Source of the DNA: Verrucomicrobiota bacterium
GTDB taxonomy: Bacteria; Verrucomicrobiota; Verrucomicrobiia; Opitutales; Opitutaceae
Assembly (NCBI GenBank): GCA_039797805.1
Contig: JBDKHE010000127.1
Coordinates: 1 to 50,958 of the forward strand
Direction of reading: 5' to 3'
Length of the DNA stretch: 50,958 bases
Part shown: one piece after another, positions 1 to 8,774 of the stretch
How the letters are laid out: each line of letters starts with the position of its first letter
How positions within the stretch are numbered: the stretch's first letter is position 1
Translations under genes and position numbers: made by a program
The notes under the pieces: model-generated
Database searches by the model: none
Seen by the model: the letters and a program-made list of their open reading frames with translations, nothing else
What the model was told of the DNA's origin: nothing

Positions 1-980
1 TGCAGGCTGATACCGCGGAGGAAGACGGATTTCCCATTCAGCAGGAGGTCGTGGCCGCGGGTCTCGATCGTGCGGAAGCCGATCTTCTCTTGCACGGTTT
101 CGCCGGCGGCGCTGAAGGTAACGGTGTAGAGCTTGGGATTGTCAGGCGACCAGAGGGTCAGGCCGGGCACGGTGAAATCCAGGCCCGCGTAGCCGCTCCG
201 GTCGACAGCCGCCGACGTGCTGAAATTCAACTCGGGGATGGCGACCGTCACGGTGGTGTCGCCAGCGTAGTGATCGAGCTGGACGCGTCCCGTGATCCGG
301 TCGGTCGTGCCGCGCTGGAGGGCGAGGGTGTAGTCGCGGATGAAGAGGGCGGGGGTCTCGAGCAGGGCCACGTCGCGGGTCAGGCCGCCGTAGTTCCACC
401 AATCGGTGTTGATGGTCGGCACGCCCTCGGGGTGACGCTGGTTGTTGACGCGGACGACGAGGGAGTTGCCGGTGGGGCGGAGCAGGCCGGTGACCTCGAA
501 CTGGAAAGGCGTGAAGCCGCCGACATGCACGCCCAGTTTCTTGCCGTTCAGGTAGACGTGCGCCTCATAGTTGGCGCCGCCGAAATGGATGAACTGGCGT
601 TTGTCCGGCGCTGACGGGGTAAAGTCAAATTTCCGCCGGTACCAGACCGTGCCCTCGTAGTAGAGGAGTTTGTCGTCCTGGGAATTCCAGTCGCCCGGGA
701 CATTCAGCACGGGGCTCTGGTCGAAATCATACTCGATCAGTTCGCTGGGCGTGGCCGGTTTGCGGTCGAGGAAGTAACCGCCGGTCGCGGGCACGGTCGC
801 GTCGAAGGGTTCAAGGCGGTAGTTGAAGTAGCCGTTGTCGTTGGGATCGACGATGGTGTTCCAACGACCATTGAGGGAAAGCACCTCGTGGGCGGCGGCG
901 TTCGTCATGGCCGTCGGCTCGGGCGACCAGGCTTGGGCGGCGGAAATAGCGAGGCAGAGCAGGGGCAGGCAGCGTTTCAT
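1..980 (-). CDS. GH2 beta-glucuronidase/beta-galactosidase-like glycoside hydrolase; 3' part runs off the left edge
   Basis: Not in the ORF track. Manual translation from ATG at 980: MKRCLPLLCLAISAAQAW (signal peptide)...LSLNGRW...VPGDWNSQ...YYEGTVWYRRKF...HFGGANY...HVGGFTPF...DWWNYGGLTRDV...LWSPDNPKLY...IGFRTIETRG...LNGKSVFLRGI, the GH2 sugar-binding/Ig/TIM-start motifs. Confidence 0.9.
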   Translation of the reverse strand, partial: MKRCLPLLCLAISAAQAWSPEPTAMTNAAAHEVLSLNGRWNTIVDPNDNGYFNYRLEPFDATVPATGGYFLDRKPATPSELIEYDFDQSPVLNVPGDWNSQDDKLLYYEGTVWYRRKFDFTPSAPDKRQFIHFGGANYEAHVYLNGKKLGVHVGGFTPFQFEVTGLLRPTGNSLVVRVNNQRHPEGVPTINTDWWNYGGLTRDVALLETPALFIRDYTLALQRGTTDRITGRVQLDHYAGDTTVTVAIPELNFSTSAAVDRSGYAGLDFTVPGLTLWSPDNPKLYTVTFSAAGETVQEKIGFRTIETRGHDLLLNGKSVFLRGISL

Positions 981-1063
981 GGGTAGACGGCTATCTAGCC
1001 CGTGGACGTCTCCGCCGCAAACCAATCCATTCAGTCAAAGCTCGGCCGCGTGCAGCACTGTAC

Positions 1064-2554
1064 TTAAGGCGCGATGGGCACAGAACCCGGTGCAGCATAA
1101 TTCGCGGCGGCGGCGTCGAGCACGAGCACCCAATCGGGACCATACGAGGGACTTTGGAATTCTTGCCGGTGACCACCCGCTACCGTGCCGGCGGGATGAG
1201 CGAAACCTGTCCGGGGATCGTACCACCAGACTTTAAGCTGGGCGGCGCGGAGCCTTCCGAGATCGATTGTCGCGCGCTGATCGCTGGTCGGGAAATAGAC
1301 CAGCGCATAGGTGCCCTGGCGGTCACGACTTGCCACGATATGCAGGGCGCCGCCGGCTTCAGGCTGGTCGACAATTTCCTGGTCGGGAACACGCGCGAAG
1401 AAAGGGCGCGATTCGATGAGTTGGCGGAGGAAGGTCATTTGGCGTCCGCCCGGGCGGTGCAAGGCATCGATCCAGTCGCGATCAGCGTGGTTGATCACGT
1501 CATTGCGTCCGCCCACGAAGCCCCAGATGGCGTGATGCCCGTAGGTGACGCCGCAGGCACCGGCGAGCACCGAGCGGTAGCATTGCTTGCGAACGTCGTG
1601 GTCGCGGAAATATCCCAGGGCGGGATCCCAGCGCGGCCACGGATTCACCGGGTGGTCCTCGTAGTTGGGTTCAAGGTCCAGCGTGGGTTTGGTGGGTGTG
1701 AGGGCATAATCCCGGGCGATAAGATTCCAGACAGGCAGGTCATGGCCGCCACCATGGCCGCTCTGCAGGCCGTTGATTGTGAGCCAGGATTCGTCCGGTA
1801 GCATCACCGAGGTGGTGAGTTCACCGCCCTGCGGATGATAAAGGCAAACAGGTGCCCGGCCGCTGCCTTCGGCGATACCGGCCGCCATCTCGCGCCAGAT
1901 CGGACGCCAGTCGGTGTTCAGCGGGATGCCTGAGTTTTTGGCTTGGTTTTGCGGCCATTGGTCAGGTTTGGCCGGGTCGAGCGCGGCGGGCCGGTCTCCA
2001 CCCATCATCCACACCACGTTGGTCCGGCCTTGCAGTTTGCCCCCAAGGTAGCGGGCGTAAGCGCGCACCACCGGCAGACGATCAACAGTGAAGATCTTGG
2101 GACCGTCTCCCCAGGGAGCGGTGAGCTTGTCGCCCCAGGCCGGCAGCAGCGCGACGTAAAGTCCTTGCGCGGCCGCTTCGTCAACGATCTGCACGACCCG
2201 GTCAAAGTAGGCATCGTTGGGACGGGTGGGGTCGTTGTCGGCGAAAGGGCGCAGTCCGTCGGGGGTCGGCTTGTTTAGGCCGTCCATCTCGCCGAGCACG
2301 TTGGTCTGGATGACGGTGAAGCCCTGGCGGGCCCGCGTGCGGAGGTAGTAGCTGCATTCGTCGCGGGTGGTGGCGTGGATGAGTTCCCAGGCGGTGTCGC
2401 CGAGCCAGAAGAAGGGGCGTCCGTCCGCCGTTTGCAGATAGTGGCCGTCCTGATGGACCATGATGGCTGGAAGCGCAGCCGGCCGGGCCTGGGAGGAGCC
2501 GAATGCCAGCACGCCCGCGATAACGAGTGAGCGGACGCAAGGGAGAGTTTTCAT
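1064..2554 (-). CDS. DUF4038 / GH140 (apiosidase-like) glycoside hydrolase with C-terminal beta-sandwich domain
   Basis: Signal peptide; DGRPFFWLGDTAW, QGFTVIQ, QSGH, EPNYED, GVTYGH and WWYDPRTG motifs typical of DUF4038/GH140. Confidence 0.85.
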   Translation of the reverse strand: MKTLPCVRSLVIAGVLAFGSSQARPAALPAIMVHQDGHYLQTADGRPFFWLGDTAWELIHATTRDECSYYLRTRARQGFTVIQTNVLGEMDGLNKPTPDGLRPFADNDPTRPNDAYFDRVVQIVDEAAAQGLYVALLPAWGDKLTAPWGDGPKIFTVDRLPVVRAYARYLGGKLQGRTNVVWMMGGDRPAALDPAKPDQWPQNQAKNSGIPLNTDWRPIWREMAAGIAEGSGRAPVCLYHPQGGELTTSVMLPDESWLTINGLQSGHGGGHDLPVWNLIARDYALTPTKPTLDLEPNYEDHPVNPWPRWDPALGYFRDHDVRKQCYRSVLAGACGVTYGHHAIWGFVGGRNDVINHADRDWIDALHRPGGRQMTFLRQLIESRPFFARVPDQEIVDQPEAGGALHIVASRDRQGTYALVYFPTSDQRATIDLGRLRAAQLKVWWYDPRTGFAHPAGTVAGGHRQEFQSPSYGPDWVLVLDAAAANYAAPGSVPIAP

Positions 2555-2572
2555 GGACGCAACGTGAAGGGC

Positions 2573-3565
2573 TCAAGGCTGGCCCAGCAACCGGTGGGCG
2601 AGGAAGGTCTCGAAGGCTGGCCGGTCTTTCCAGCGCAGGGCCACCCGGGCTTGCAGCGGACCTTGCGCTTCGGGCCGGGTGAAGCCTTCATCGGTGATCC
2701 GGAAACGCAGGGTCTCGATCTCAACCAGATCCTCGGCATGGGCCAGCCAGACTGCCACGCAGTCGAAGAGCGTGGTCGAGCGCGTCGCGAAGAAATCGCA
2801 GTGCATCCAGCTGACGCGTGGGGCGAAGAGGCAGTAGTTCTCGATGAGCGCGCGCAGCATCGGGTCGGCGGTCGCGCTCCAGATCGCGTGATAGTCGGCC
2901 CCGCGCAGACTCACCTGGTCGCAGGTGTCCAGCGGCGTAAGCAGGATGTCCTGCCACGGGGCGGAGAGCACGCGGCGCAGTTCGGCGGGGTAGCCTTTGA
3001 CGTTGGCCTCGGCCGACGGTGCGCCGCCGCCGTAGCCGACATAGAAGCTGCCGTGCATGCCGACGAAGCGGCAGCGGGCCGCGAGGCGGGGCTCGCGTTC
3101 GAGGGCGGCGGCCAGGGTGGGGGTGCAACCGACGGCGATGATCGTGACGGGCTCCGGCGAGTGCATCACGAGGTCGATCAATGCCTGGATGCCGTCCGCA
3201 TGGACCCGGCCCGGGTATTGCGTCAGGTCGTAGCCCTTGAGCCAGGGCAGCTGGTTGCGGTGCTCATCCGACATGGCGAAATTCACCCCCAGACCGACGG
3301 CAACGTCGGTGCGCCCGGCTGCTTCCAGAAACTTGGCGGCCAGGGCGGCGCGGTACTTGGCGTCACCGGTTTCGGTGAGCACGAGCTTCAAGTCCAGCTC
3401 GGGCGAGCGGAGAATCTGGGCGAGGGCCCAGGTGTCGTCGATGTCGGTGCCGATGTCGGTGTCGAAGACGACGGGAATGCGGGCCGGCGTCTTGACGGCA
3501 CCAGTTGTCGCCGTGGCGATCCAGAGCACCGTCGCGAGCAATAGGAAGGAGAGTTTTTTATGCAT
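2573..3565 (-). CDS. Nucleoside hydrolase family protein (IU-NH fold), with predicted signal peptide
   Basis: N-terminal DTDIGTDIDD Ca-binding motif, AEANV, PLD, LFD; start trimmed to ATG 3565 (MHKKLSFLLLATVLWIATATTGA). Confidence 0.85.
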   Translation of the reverse strand: MHKKLSFLLLATVLWIATATTGAVKTPARIPVVFDTDIGTDIDDTWALAQILRSPELDLKLVLTETGDAKYRAALAAKFLEAAGRTDVAVGLGVNFAMSDEHRNQLPWLKGYDLTQYPGRVHADGIQALIDLVMHSPEPVTIIAVGCTPTLAAALEREPRLAARCRFVGMHGSFYVGYGGGAPSAEANVKGYPAELRRVLSAPWQDILLTPLDTCDQVSLRGADYHAIWSATADPMLRALIENYCLFAPRVSWMHCDFFATRSTTLFDCVAVWLAHAEDLVEIETLRFRITDEGFTRPEAQGPLQARVALRWKDRPAFETFLAHRLLGQP

Positions 3566-3581
3566 GGCAGGAAGCAGTCGC

Positions 3582-5042
3582 TCACGGGATGACCTTGGCC
3601 CCCTCAATCTTGAAGGCGTAGGCGTAGCGGCACGGGGCCGCCTCCGGGCCGAGGTCGGGCGTGGTGATGGTGAGCGTATCGCCCGACGCGGAGGATTTCA
3701 GGATGCCGGGAACACCGAGCATCGTGACGGCGGCACCGGCGGGGACCTTGACGCCGCGCAGCACCAGTTCCTTGCCGGGCCAGCCGGCGGTGATGGCGTA
3801 GAGGGCGTCGGGCTTTTTGGTGAAGAAGACCTGTTTCACGGCCCGCCCGTCCTTGGGGGCCTGGCCGACCTGGTCCATCAGGTTGTATTTCACCATGTAC
3901 TCGCCGTATTCCTGTTTGGGTTGCTCGCCTTCGGTCCACTGACAGGAGCGGCCGGCGAAGCGGGTGCCGTAGATGGCTTCGCCGTTGACCTTGAGCCAGT
4001 CGCCGATCTCGAGCAGGCGTTGCTCCATGAGCGGGGGAATGGTGCCGTCGGCGGCGGGCCCGATGTCGAGCAGCAGGTTGCCGCCGCGACTGACGAGGTC
4101 GACCAAAACGAATATCATCTCGCGCCCGGTCTTGTAGTCGTCGACGCGCTCGGCGCGGTTGTAGCCGTAGGAGTAGGCCATGCCGCGGCTTTCCTCCCAA
4201 GCGTGGGAATCGTCCTGCATACCGGCGGCGTATTCGGTCGTGTAGTAGCCGCCGTGCTTGTGGCGGGTTTCCTTGCCCCAGCGGTCGTTGATCACGACCT
4301 CGTTCCGGGACGGGGATTCATTGAAGAGCCACGCCAGGAGCTCCTCGCTGTGCCAGTCCTTTGAGGGCAGGTCCCATTCGCCGTCGCTGAAGATGATGGC
4401 GGGCTGGTAGCGGGTGACGACGTCCTTGAACTGCGGGATCATGTGCTCGGTCACATAGCGCGGCTTGTCGGAAAGCCACAGGGGGTTGAACCATTCGTAG
4501 AGGGAGAAATAGAAACCGAACTTCAGGCCCTTCGCGCGGGTGGCGTCGGCGAGTTCGCGCATGAGGTCGCGCTTGGGTCCGATTTCAACGGCGTTCCACG
4601 GCCGGCCCCAGGTGCGGCTGGCCTCGGCACTCGGCCACAGCGCGAAGCCCTCATGGTGCTTGGAGGTGGGCACGACGTATTTGATGCCGGCGCGGGCGAA
4701 GAGATCGGCCCATTGGTTGGCGTCGAACAACTCGGCGGTGAAGCGCGGTGCGAAATCCTGATAGGCGAAATCCGCCCCGTAGTTTTTTGCGTGAAACTCC
4801 CGCCACGGAGCGTTCGCGGGTTTGCTGCTCTTGATGTTGTTCCAATACCACTCGGCGTACTTGCCGACCTCGCCCCAGGCGGGGACGGAGTAAACGCCCC
4901 AGTGGATGAACACGCCGAACTTGGCGTCGAGGTACCAGTCGGGCGTGGGGCGTTGGTCGAGCGAGGCCCAGTGAGGCTCGTAGGTCGGCTCGGCCTGAGC
5001 GGAGCCAAGGAGGGCCAGGGTTAGAAAAAGGGCGGTCTTCAT
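3582..5042 (-). CDS. GH29 alpha-L-fucosidase
   Basis: WYLDAKFGVFIHWGVYSVP, SKHHEGF, FSDGEW, VINDRW, WEESRG, VSRGGNLLLDIGP; signal peptide. Confidence 0.95.
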   Translation of the reverse strand: MKTALFLTLALLGSAQAEPTYEPHWASLDQRPTPDWYLDAKFGVFIHWGVYSVPAWGEVGKYAEWYWNNIKSSKPANAPWREFHAKNYGADFAYQDFAPRFTAELFDANQWADLFARAGIKYVVPTSKHHEGFALWPSAEASRTWGRPWNAVEIGPKRDLMRELADATRAKGLKFGFYFSLYEWFNPLWLSDKPRYVTEHMIPQFKDVVTRYQPAIIFSDGEWDLPSKDWHSEELLAWLFNESPSRNEVVINDRWGKETRHKHGGYYTTEYAAGMQDDSHAWEESRGMAYSYGYNRAERVDDYKTGREMIFVLVDLVSRGGNLLLDIGPAADGTIPPLMEQRLLEIGDWLKVNGEAIYGTRFAGRSCQWTEGEQPKQEYGEYMVKYNLMDQVGQAPKDGRAVKQVFFTKKPDALYAITAGWPGKELVLRGVKVPAGAAVTMLGVPGILKSSASGDTLTITTPDLGPEAAPCRYAYAFKIEGAKVIP

Positions 5043-5267
5043 GGGGCAAACGGGGTTAAACCGGCACGACAGGCCACCGGTCGGAGGTAAGACTGGGCCA
5101 AAGCGTACCGCACCGAACCGGAAGCGGCAAGCCGCGGAATCGTTTGCAGCCCGGGCCGGGGTGGATTAGGTTGGTGCCAACCCTCAAGAAACCAGCCTCT
5201 TGCGGGAAATGTTTTCCACCCTTGACCGGAGGTAAGCAAAACGCACGCTGCCCCTTCCACAGTTCAC

Positions 5268-5341
5268 TGCCTGATGGTGTAATGGTAGCACAGGTGACTT
5301 TGACTCACCTAGTCATGGTTCGAATCCATGTCGGGCAGCCA
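5268..5341 (+). tRNA. tRNA-Gln (anticodon UUG)
   Basis: Acceptor stem TGCCTGA/TCGGGCA, D-loop GTAATGGTA, anticodon arm AGGTGA-CT-TTG-AC-TCACCT, T-arm CATGG-TTCGAAT-CCATG, encoded CCA end. Confidence 0.97.
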
Positions 5342-5510
5342 TCTTGGATGGACTCACAACTCTTTACATCCCAAGACAAAAAAATTAAGTTGTTGGTGCG
5401 GACTTAGACCGGAATTTCGATTTTGTCTCGGAAGCCTCGGAGTTGTGACTTCGAGGTCAGATTTTTCGATTTTCGGGCCTTTCCGTGGGGATTTTGCGAG
5501 CCGAGACAAA
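5342..5510. repeat. Cluster of inverted repeats at the tRNA/recombinase junction (putative att-site arms)
   Basis: TCTTGG-ATG 5342-5350 / CATCCCAAGA 5367-5376; TCACAACTC 5354-5362 / GAGTTGTGA 5440-5448; TTTGTCTCGG 5422-5431 / CCGAGACAAA 5501-5510; direct repeat TTTCGATTTT at 5415 and 5464. Confidence 0.6.
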
Positions 5511-5560
5511 CTGAGAATGTGCCTAACACTCTGCAGCTCGGAACCCAAAAACGAAGCCAG

Positions 5561-7681
5561 TCACCCAACACTCACGACACATTTACGCTCGTAGGATCGG
5601 AACGCCTTCAGCTGCGCTGGATGCTCCAATCTCGCAAGGTCTCCAAGTTCCCTGATCGGGAAATACCGTGACGGATTCTGGACCTTCAGTTTGACAAGGA
5701 AGTCCCGGATCTCTGGCGCCAAGTCCGCCAAACGGAGCACGCGGGTTACGTGCCCGGGCGTCACGCCTTCGAGTTTCGCGAGCGCGAATTTGTGCGGCAC
5801 AGTCTTGTCGCGCAGCATGCGTCGCCACCTTAGCGCGGTGTGAATCGCGTGCTTTTGTTCGGTCGGTCTCGGCACCGGCTTTGGGGCCGGCCTTTCGACC
5901 GAACCGAAGGGCACCACCTGGGTGAAGGGTGCGACAATGGTCACCTCGCCGCGATGGGCATGGGTGAAATCCACCTTGGATTCCAATGCCATGCCCCGGG
6001 CGGTGACGGCCCGGCGTTGGGTCCGGGTCTCGGTCCAGGTCTTCTCATCCATCCCCTCCACCAACCGCGGCACATGGAGCCGCACCTTCACCTCCATGAG
6101 CCGGGCGGGCTCGGGAGCCTCGCCCCGTTTGAGCAGGGGCGCGCGTTTGGTGACTTCGACCCTTTCCACAAACAGGCGGACAAATTCCCGGCGGGCCTCC
6201 GGCTCCAGTTTCGGCAGGGTCTCGCCGAGGCGAGCCAGCGCATCCTGAATGCGCTTTTCGGTCAGGGTGGTCGCGTCGCAGGCCTCGACCTGCTGGCGCT
6301 TGTGCTCGCGCTCCACGAGCAAGCGGTCCTTTTCGGTGCGAAGTTCCGCCGCCCGCTCGCGTAACTCGCCGCCGAGCACCTCGGTGCCCCCGGCTTCGAC
6401 TGCCTGGATGCAATGCCTGAACTTCTTGGCCACGACATCAAGCTTGGCCTGGACGGCGGCTAGTTCGGCAACGAGGACCGGGCGGTCCTTGGATTTCATC
6501 GCTTCCGAATGCTGGATTGCCGCGGCGCTGACCGCCGGATGCTTGCTGACCTCGCAGAGGAAGGAAACGACCACTTTCTCCAGAGCGTTGGCGGAAACGC
6601 GACCCACCGGGCAGTCGCTGGCCGCGCGCTGGCGCATGATGGAGCGGCAGGCGTAATAACGATACACTTTCTCCGATTTCGCCCTCTTGGTGGAGTCGGT
6701 CGGAACCAACGCACAGTTGCAGGAGCCGCAGCGCGCCAGCCCTTTCAGGAGGTGGCCCTGGATGTCGCGATCCGTGACCCGCGGTTCGGGTCGCGGGAGC
6801 GTGGTCGAGATGGCGGCATTGGCCTTTTCCCAGATTTCCAGTGAGACCAAAGGCTCGTGCTTGCCGGGGTATTCCTGGCCGGCGAAACGCACCGTGCCGC
6901 GATAGACCGGGTTTTGCAGCAGGAGACGGAGCCCGTCGGAACGAAAGAGCTGCGACCCGACGTGATCCACCCGGCCGTCTCGGCGTTTGAACTCCCGGCC
7001 CTTGGTGCGGAGCCCTTCGGCGTTGAGGGCGTTGGCAATGTCCGTGAGGGAGACCAATTTCGTAGCCAGTTCGTAGACGCGCCGCAGGACCAGTGCTTCC
7101 TCCGGATGCGGCCGGAGCGTCTGCGCCTTGGTGTCGTAGTCGTAGCCATAGGGCACCATGCCGCCGTTCCAGATGCCGCGCTTGGCCTGCTGCTCCATCT
7201 TGGCGAGGGTCTTCTCGGCCGTGTTCTCGCGCTCATACTGCGAGAATCCCATCATCAGGATGTTCTTGAGACGCCCGGAAGGAGTGTTCTCCGAAAGATC
7301 CTCCGTCGCGCTTTCCAGCCGGCAGTCGTGCTTCCTGAGGAAGGCACGGAACGGAATCCATTCGTCCGTGCTGCGCATGACGCGCTCCAGCTTGTAGATC
7401 AGCACGACCTTGACCTCCCCCGCCTCGATCATCCGCTTGAGGGCGCGGATGCCGGGGCGGTTCATCGTGCTGCCGGAGTAAGCGGCGTCGGTGAAGCACG
7501 CGACCTCGTGCCAGCCCTCGGTGGAACGGCGGGCGATTTGCTCCCGGCAGATCGCCGCCTGCGATTCGCAGGAGTCAAACCGCCCGCCGATCTGATTGTC
7601 GGTGGAGACCCGTGTGTAGATCGCCACCGGCACCAGGACGGACGCCGCCGGTAACACCGGGTCTGATTCCCTCGGCGGCAT
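5561..7681 (-). CDS. Large serine recombinase (integrase) with Zn ribbon, coiled coil and an extra C-terminal HTH domain
   Basis: AIYTRVST catalytic motif, D.AYSGSTMNRPG, KLERVMRS, GGMVPYGY, NPVYRG, HEPLVS...WE, LLKGLARCGSC...YYAC...C. Confidence 0.95.
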   Translation of the reverse strand: MPPRESDPVLPAASVLVPVAIYTRVSTDNQIGGRFDSCESQAAICREQIARRSTEGWHEVACFTDAAYSGSTMNRPGIRALKRMIEAGEVKVVLIYKLERVMRSTDEWIPFRAFLRKHDCRLESATEDLSENTPSGRLKNILMMGFSQYERENTAEKTLAKMEQQAKRGIWNGGMVPYGYDYDTKAQTLRPHPEEALVLRRVYELATKLVSLTDIANALNAEGLRTKGREFKRRDGRVDHVGSQLFRSDGLRLLLQNPVYRGTVRFAGQEYPGKHEPLVSLEIWEKANAAISTTLPRPEPRVTDRDIQGHLLKGLARCGSCNCALVPTDSTKRAKSEKVYRYYACRSIMRQRAASDCPVGRVSANALEKVVVSFLCEVSKHPAVSAAAIQHSEAMKSKDRPVLVAELAAVQAKLDVVAKKFRHCIQAVEAGGTEVLGGELRERAAELRTEKDRLLVEREHKRQQVEACDATTLTEKRIQDALARLGETLPKLEPEARREFVRLFVERVEVTKRAPLLKRGEAPEPARLMEVKVRLHVPRLVEGMDEKTWTETRTQRRAVTARGMALESKVDFTHAHRGEVTIVAPFTQVVPFGSVERPAPKPVPRPTEQKHAIHTALRWRRMLRDKTVPHKFALAKLEGVTPGHVTRVLRLADLAPEIRDFLVKLKVQNPSRYFPIRELGDLARLEHPAQLKAFRSYERKCVVSVG

Positions 7682-7693
7682 CCGGTCCTCCGG

Positions 7694-8020
7694 TCAATTG
7701 CGGGTCGGGTCGGGCATTGAAACGGACGCGCGACGACCCGGCCAGGTTGCGGGGCGCACCAAGGAGTCCGCTGGCCCGCCCGGACCGCGCCGGGTGCGTC
7801 TTGCGCCGGACTCGATGAGCCGGCGACGCTCGAGATCGCGCAGGTGGTCCAGGAAGCAGGAGGCGATGTCCCGAGGGTCACGCCCGGCGAGTTCGAAGTT
7901 GATGAGTTCGACCGTCGTGGGAGCCTTGCTTCCGACCTTGCGGCGGAGGTGCCGTGTCGCCTTGGCGTAGCTGCTGATGCTCTGCTTGCTGAGTGGGACG
8001 AGTTGAGTCGTATCATTCAT
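7694..8020 (-). CDS. Small RHH-like protein upstream of the integrase (candidate directionality factor or regulator)
   Basis: ATG ORF ending 12 bp before the integrase start; similar to ORF 48099-48326. Confidence 0.65.
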   Translation of the reverse strand: MNDTTQLVPLSKQSISSYAKATRHLRRKVGSKAPTTVELINFELAGRDPRDIASCFLDHLRDLERRRLIESGARRTRRGPGGPADSLVRPATWPGRRASVSMPDPTRN

Positions 8021-8185
8021 GTCAGTTGGCGAGGTTCATGGCCTCGCATTGAGGGGGATCCAGCCCTGCGGCCCAACAGGTTTGGAACGGGGTCTGTAGT
8101 GAAACGCGGCAACCGGAACGATCCGCGGAAGTCCCCCACCATACCAGAAACCGACCGCGGGGCATTGTATGTCAGCGGAGCGAAA

Positions 8186-8473
8186 TTATGGATGCCGGCG
8201 CGGTGGCCTATCACGGCCACTTGCCGCAATATCAGCCAGCGCCGCGATCACTGCTGCTGCAACTTTCGGGTTACCTATCCTGGGCAATAGGTGGCGCACA
8301 AGGTCGAGGGCCAGGGGGTCAGAGCGATGCAGTTGTTCCAAAGAGAGGCTTCGCCGGCCGCGTCCAAGGATCACTGCGGCATCGTCCAAGATAGGATAGC
8401 CATGAGCCTTGCCCGGGAGGATAAGGCGGAGGGCGGCGGACTGTTTCGGGGAAGGCAACAATGTTATCCTCAC
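8186..8473 (-). CDS. Hypothetical small protein divergent from the XRE repressor; start uncertain (GTG 8473 or TTG 8458)
   Basis: Open frame with protein-like composition, co-oriented with the integrase operon. Confidence 0.4.
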   Translation of the reverse strand: MRITLLPSPKQSAALRLILPGKAHGYPILDDAAVILGRGRRSLSLEQLHRSDPLALDLVRHLLPRIGNPKVAAAVIAALADIAASGRDRPPRRHP

Positions 8474-8494
8474 TATTGTGAGATGCGTTGTCAA
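8466..8494 (-). promoter_or_regulatory. Putative sigma70 promoter (TTGACA-17-GAGGAT) overlapped by palindromic operator CTCAC-TATT-GTGAG
   Basis: Minus-strand TTGACA at 8494-8489, 17-nt spacer, GAGGAT at 8471-8466; palindrome 8469-8482; lies between divergent genes next to an XRE gene. Confidence 0.5.
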
Positions 8495-8519
8495 AGCCTT
8501 TGTCGGCTTGTCTGGTGGG

Positions 8520-8774
8520 GTGCCCAAACATGAACACCTCGAGATGGTTGCGAACGCTGTCGCGGCGCAACTGCGCCGCGAGAGATTGCGCCGAAAGCTG
8601 TCGATGAACGCCGTGGCCGAACGCGGCGGCCTCTCTCAGCAGATGGTGAGCTATGTCGAGCGTGGTCTTCGTAATCCGACTCTCGATACCTTGCTGCGGA
8701 TGGCGGTGGCGCTCGACATCGATCTGGCAAAACTTATCGCCACAGCACAGCGGCAGACGCACAATGTCCGCTAA
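8520..8774 (+). CDS. XRE-family HTH transcriptional regulator
   Basis: LRRERLRRKLSMNAVAERGGLSQQMVSYVERGLRNPTLDTLLRMAVALD is a classic HTH_3; start trimmed to GTG 8520. Confidence 0.92.
   Translation: MPKHEHLEMVANAVAAQLRRERLRRKLSMNAVAERGGLSQQMVSYVERGLRNPTLDTLLRMAVALDIDLAKLIATAQRQTHNVR

Noticed and set aside
5342-5384. Rho-independent terminator after the tRNA
   Set aside because: The stem is followed by an A tract on the plus strand and the T tract precedes it on the minus strand, so it fits neither orientation
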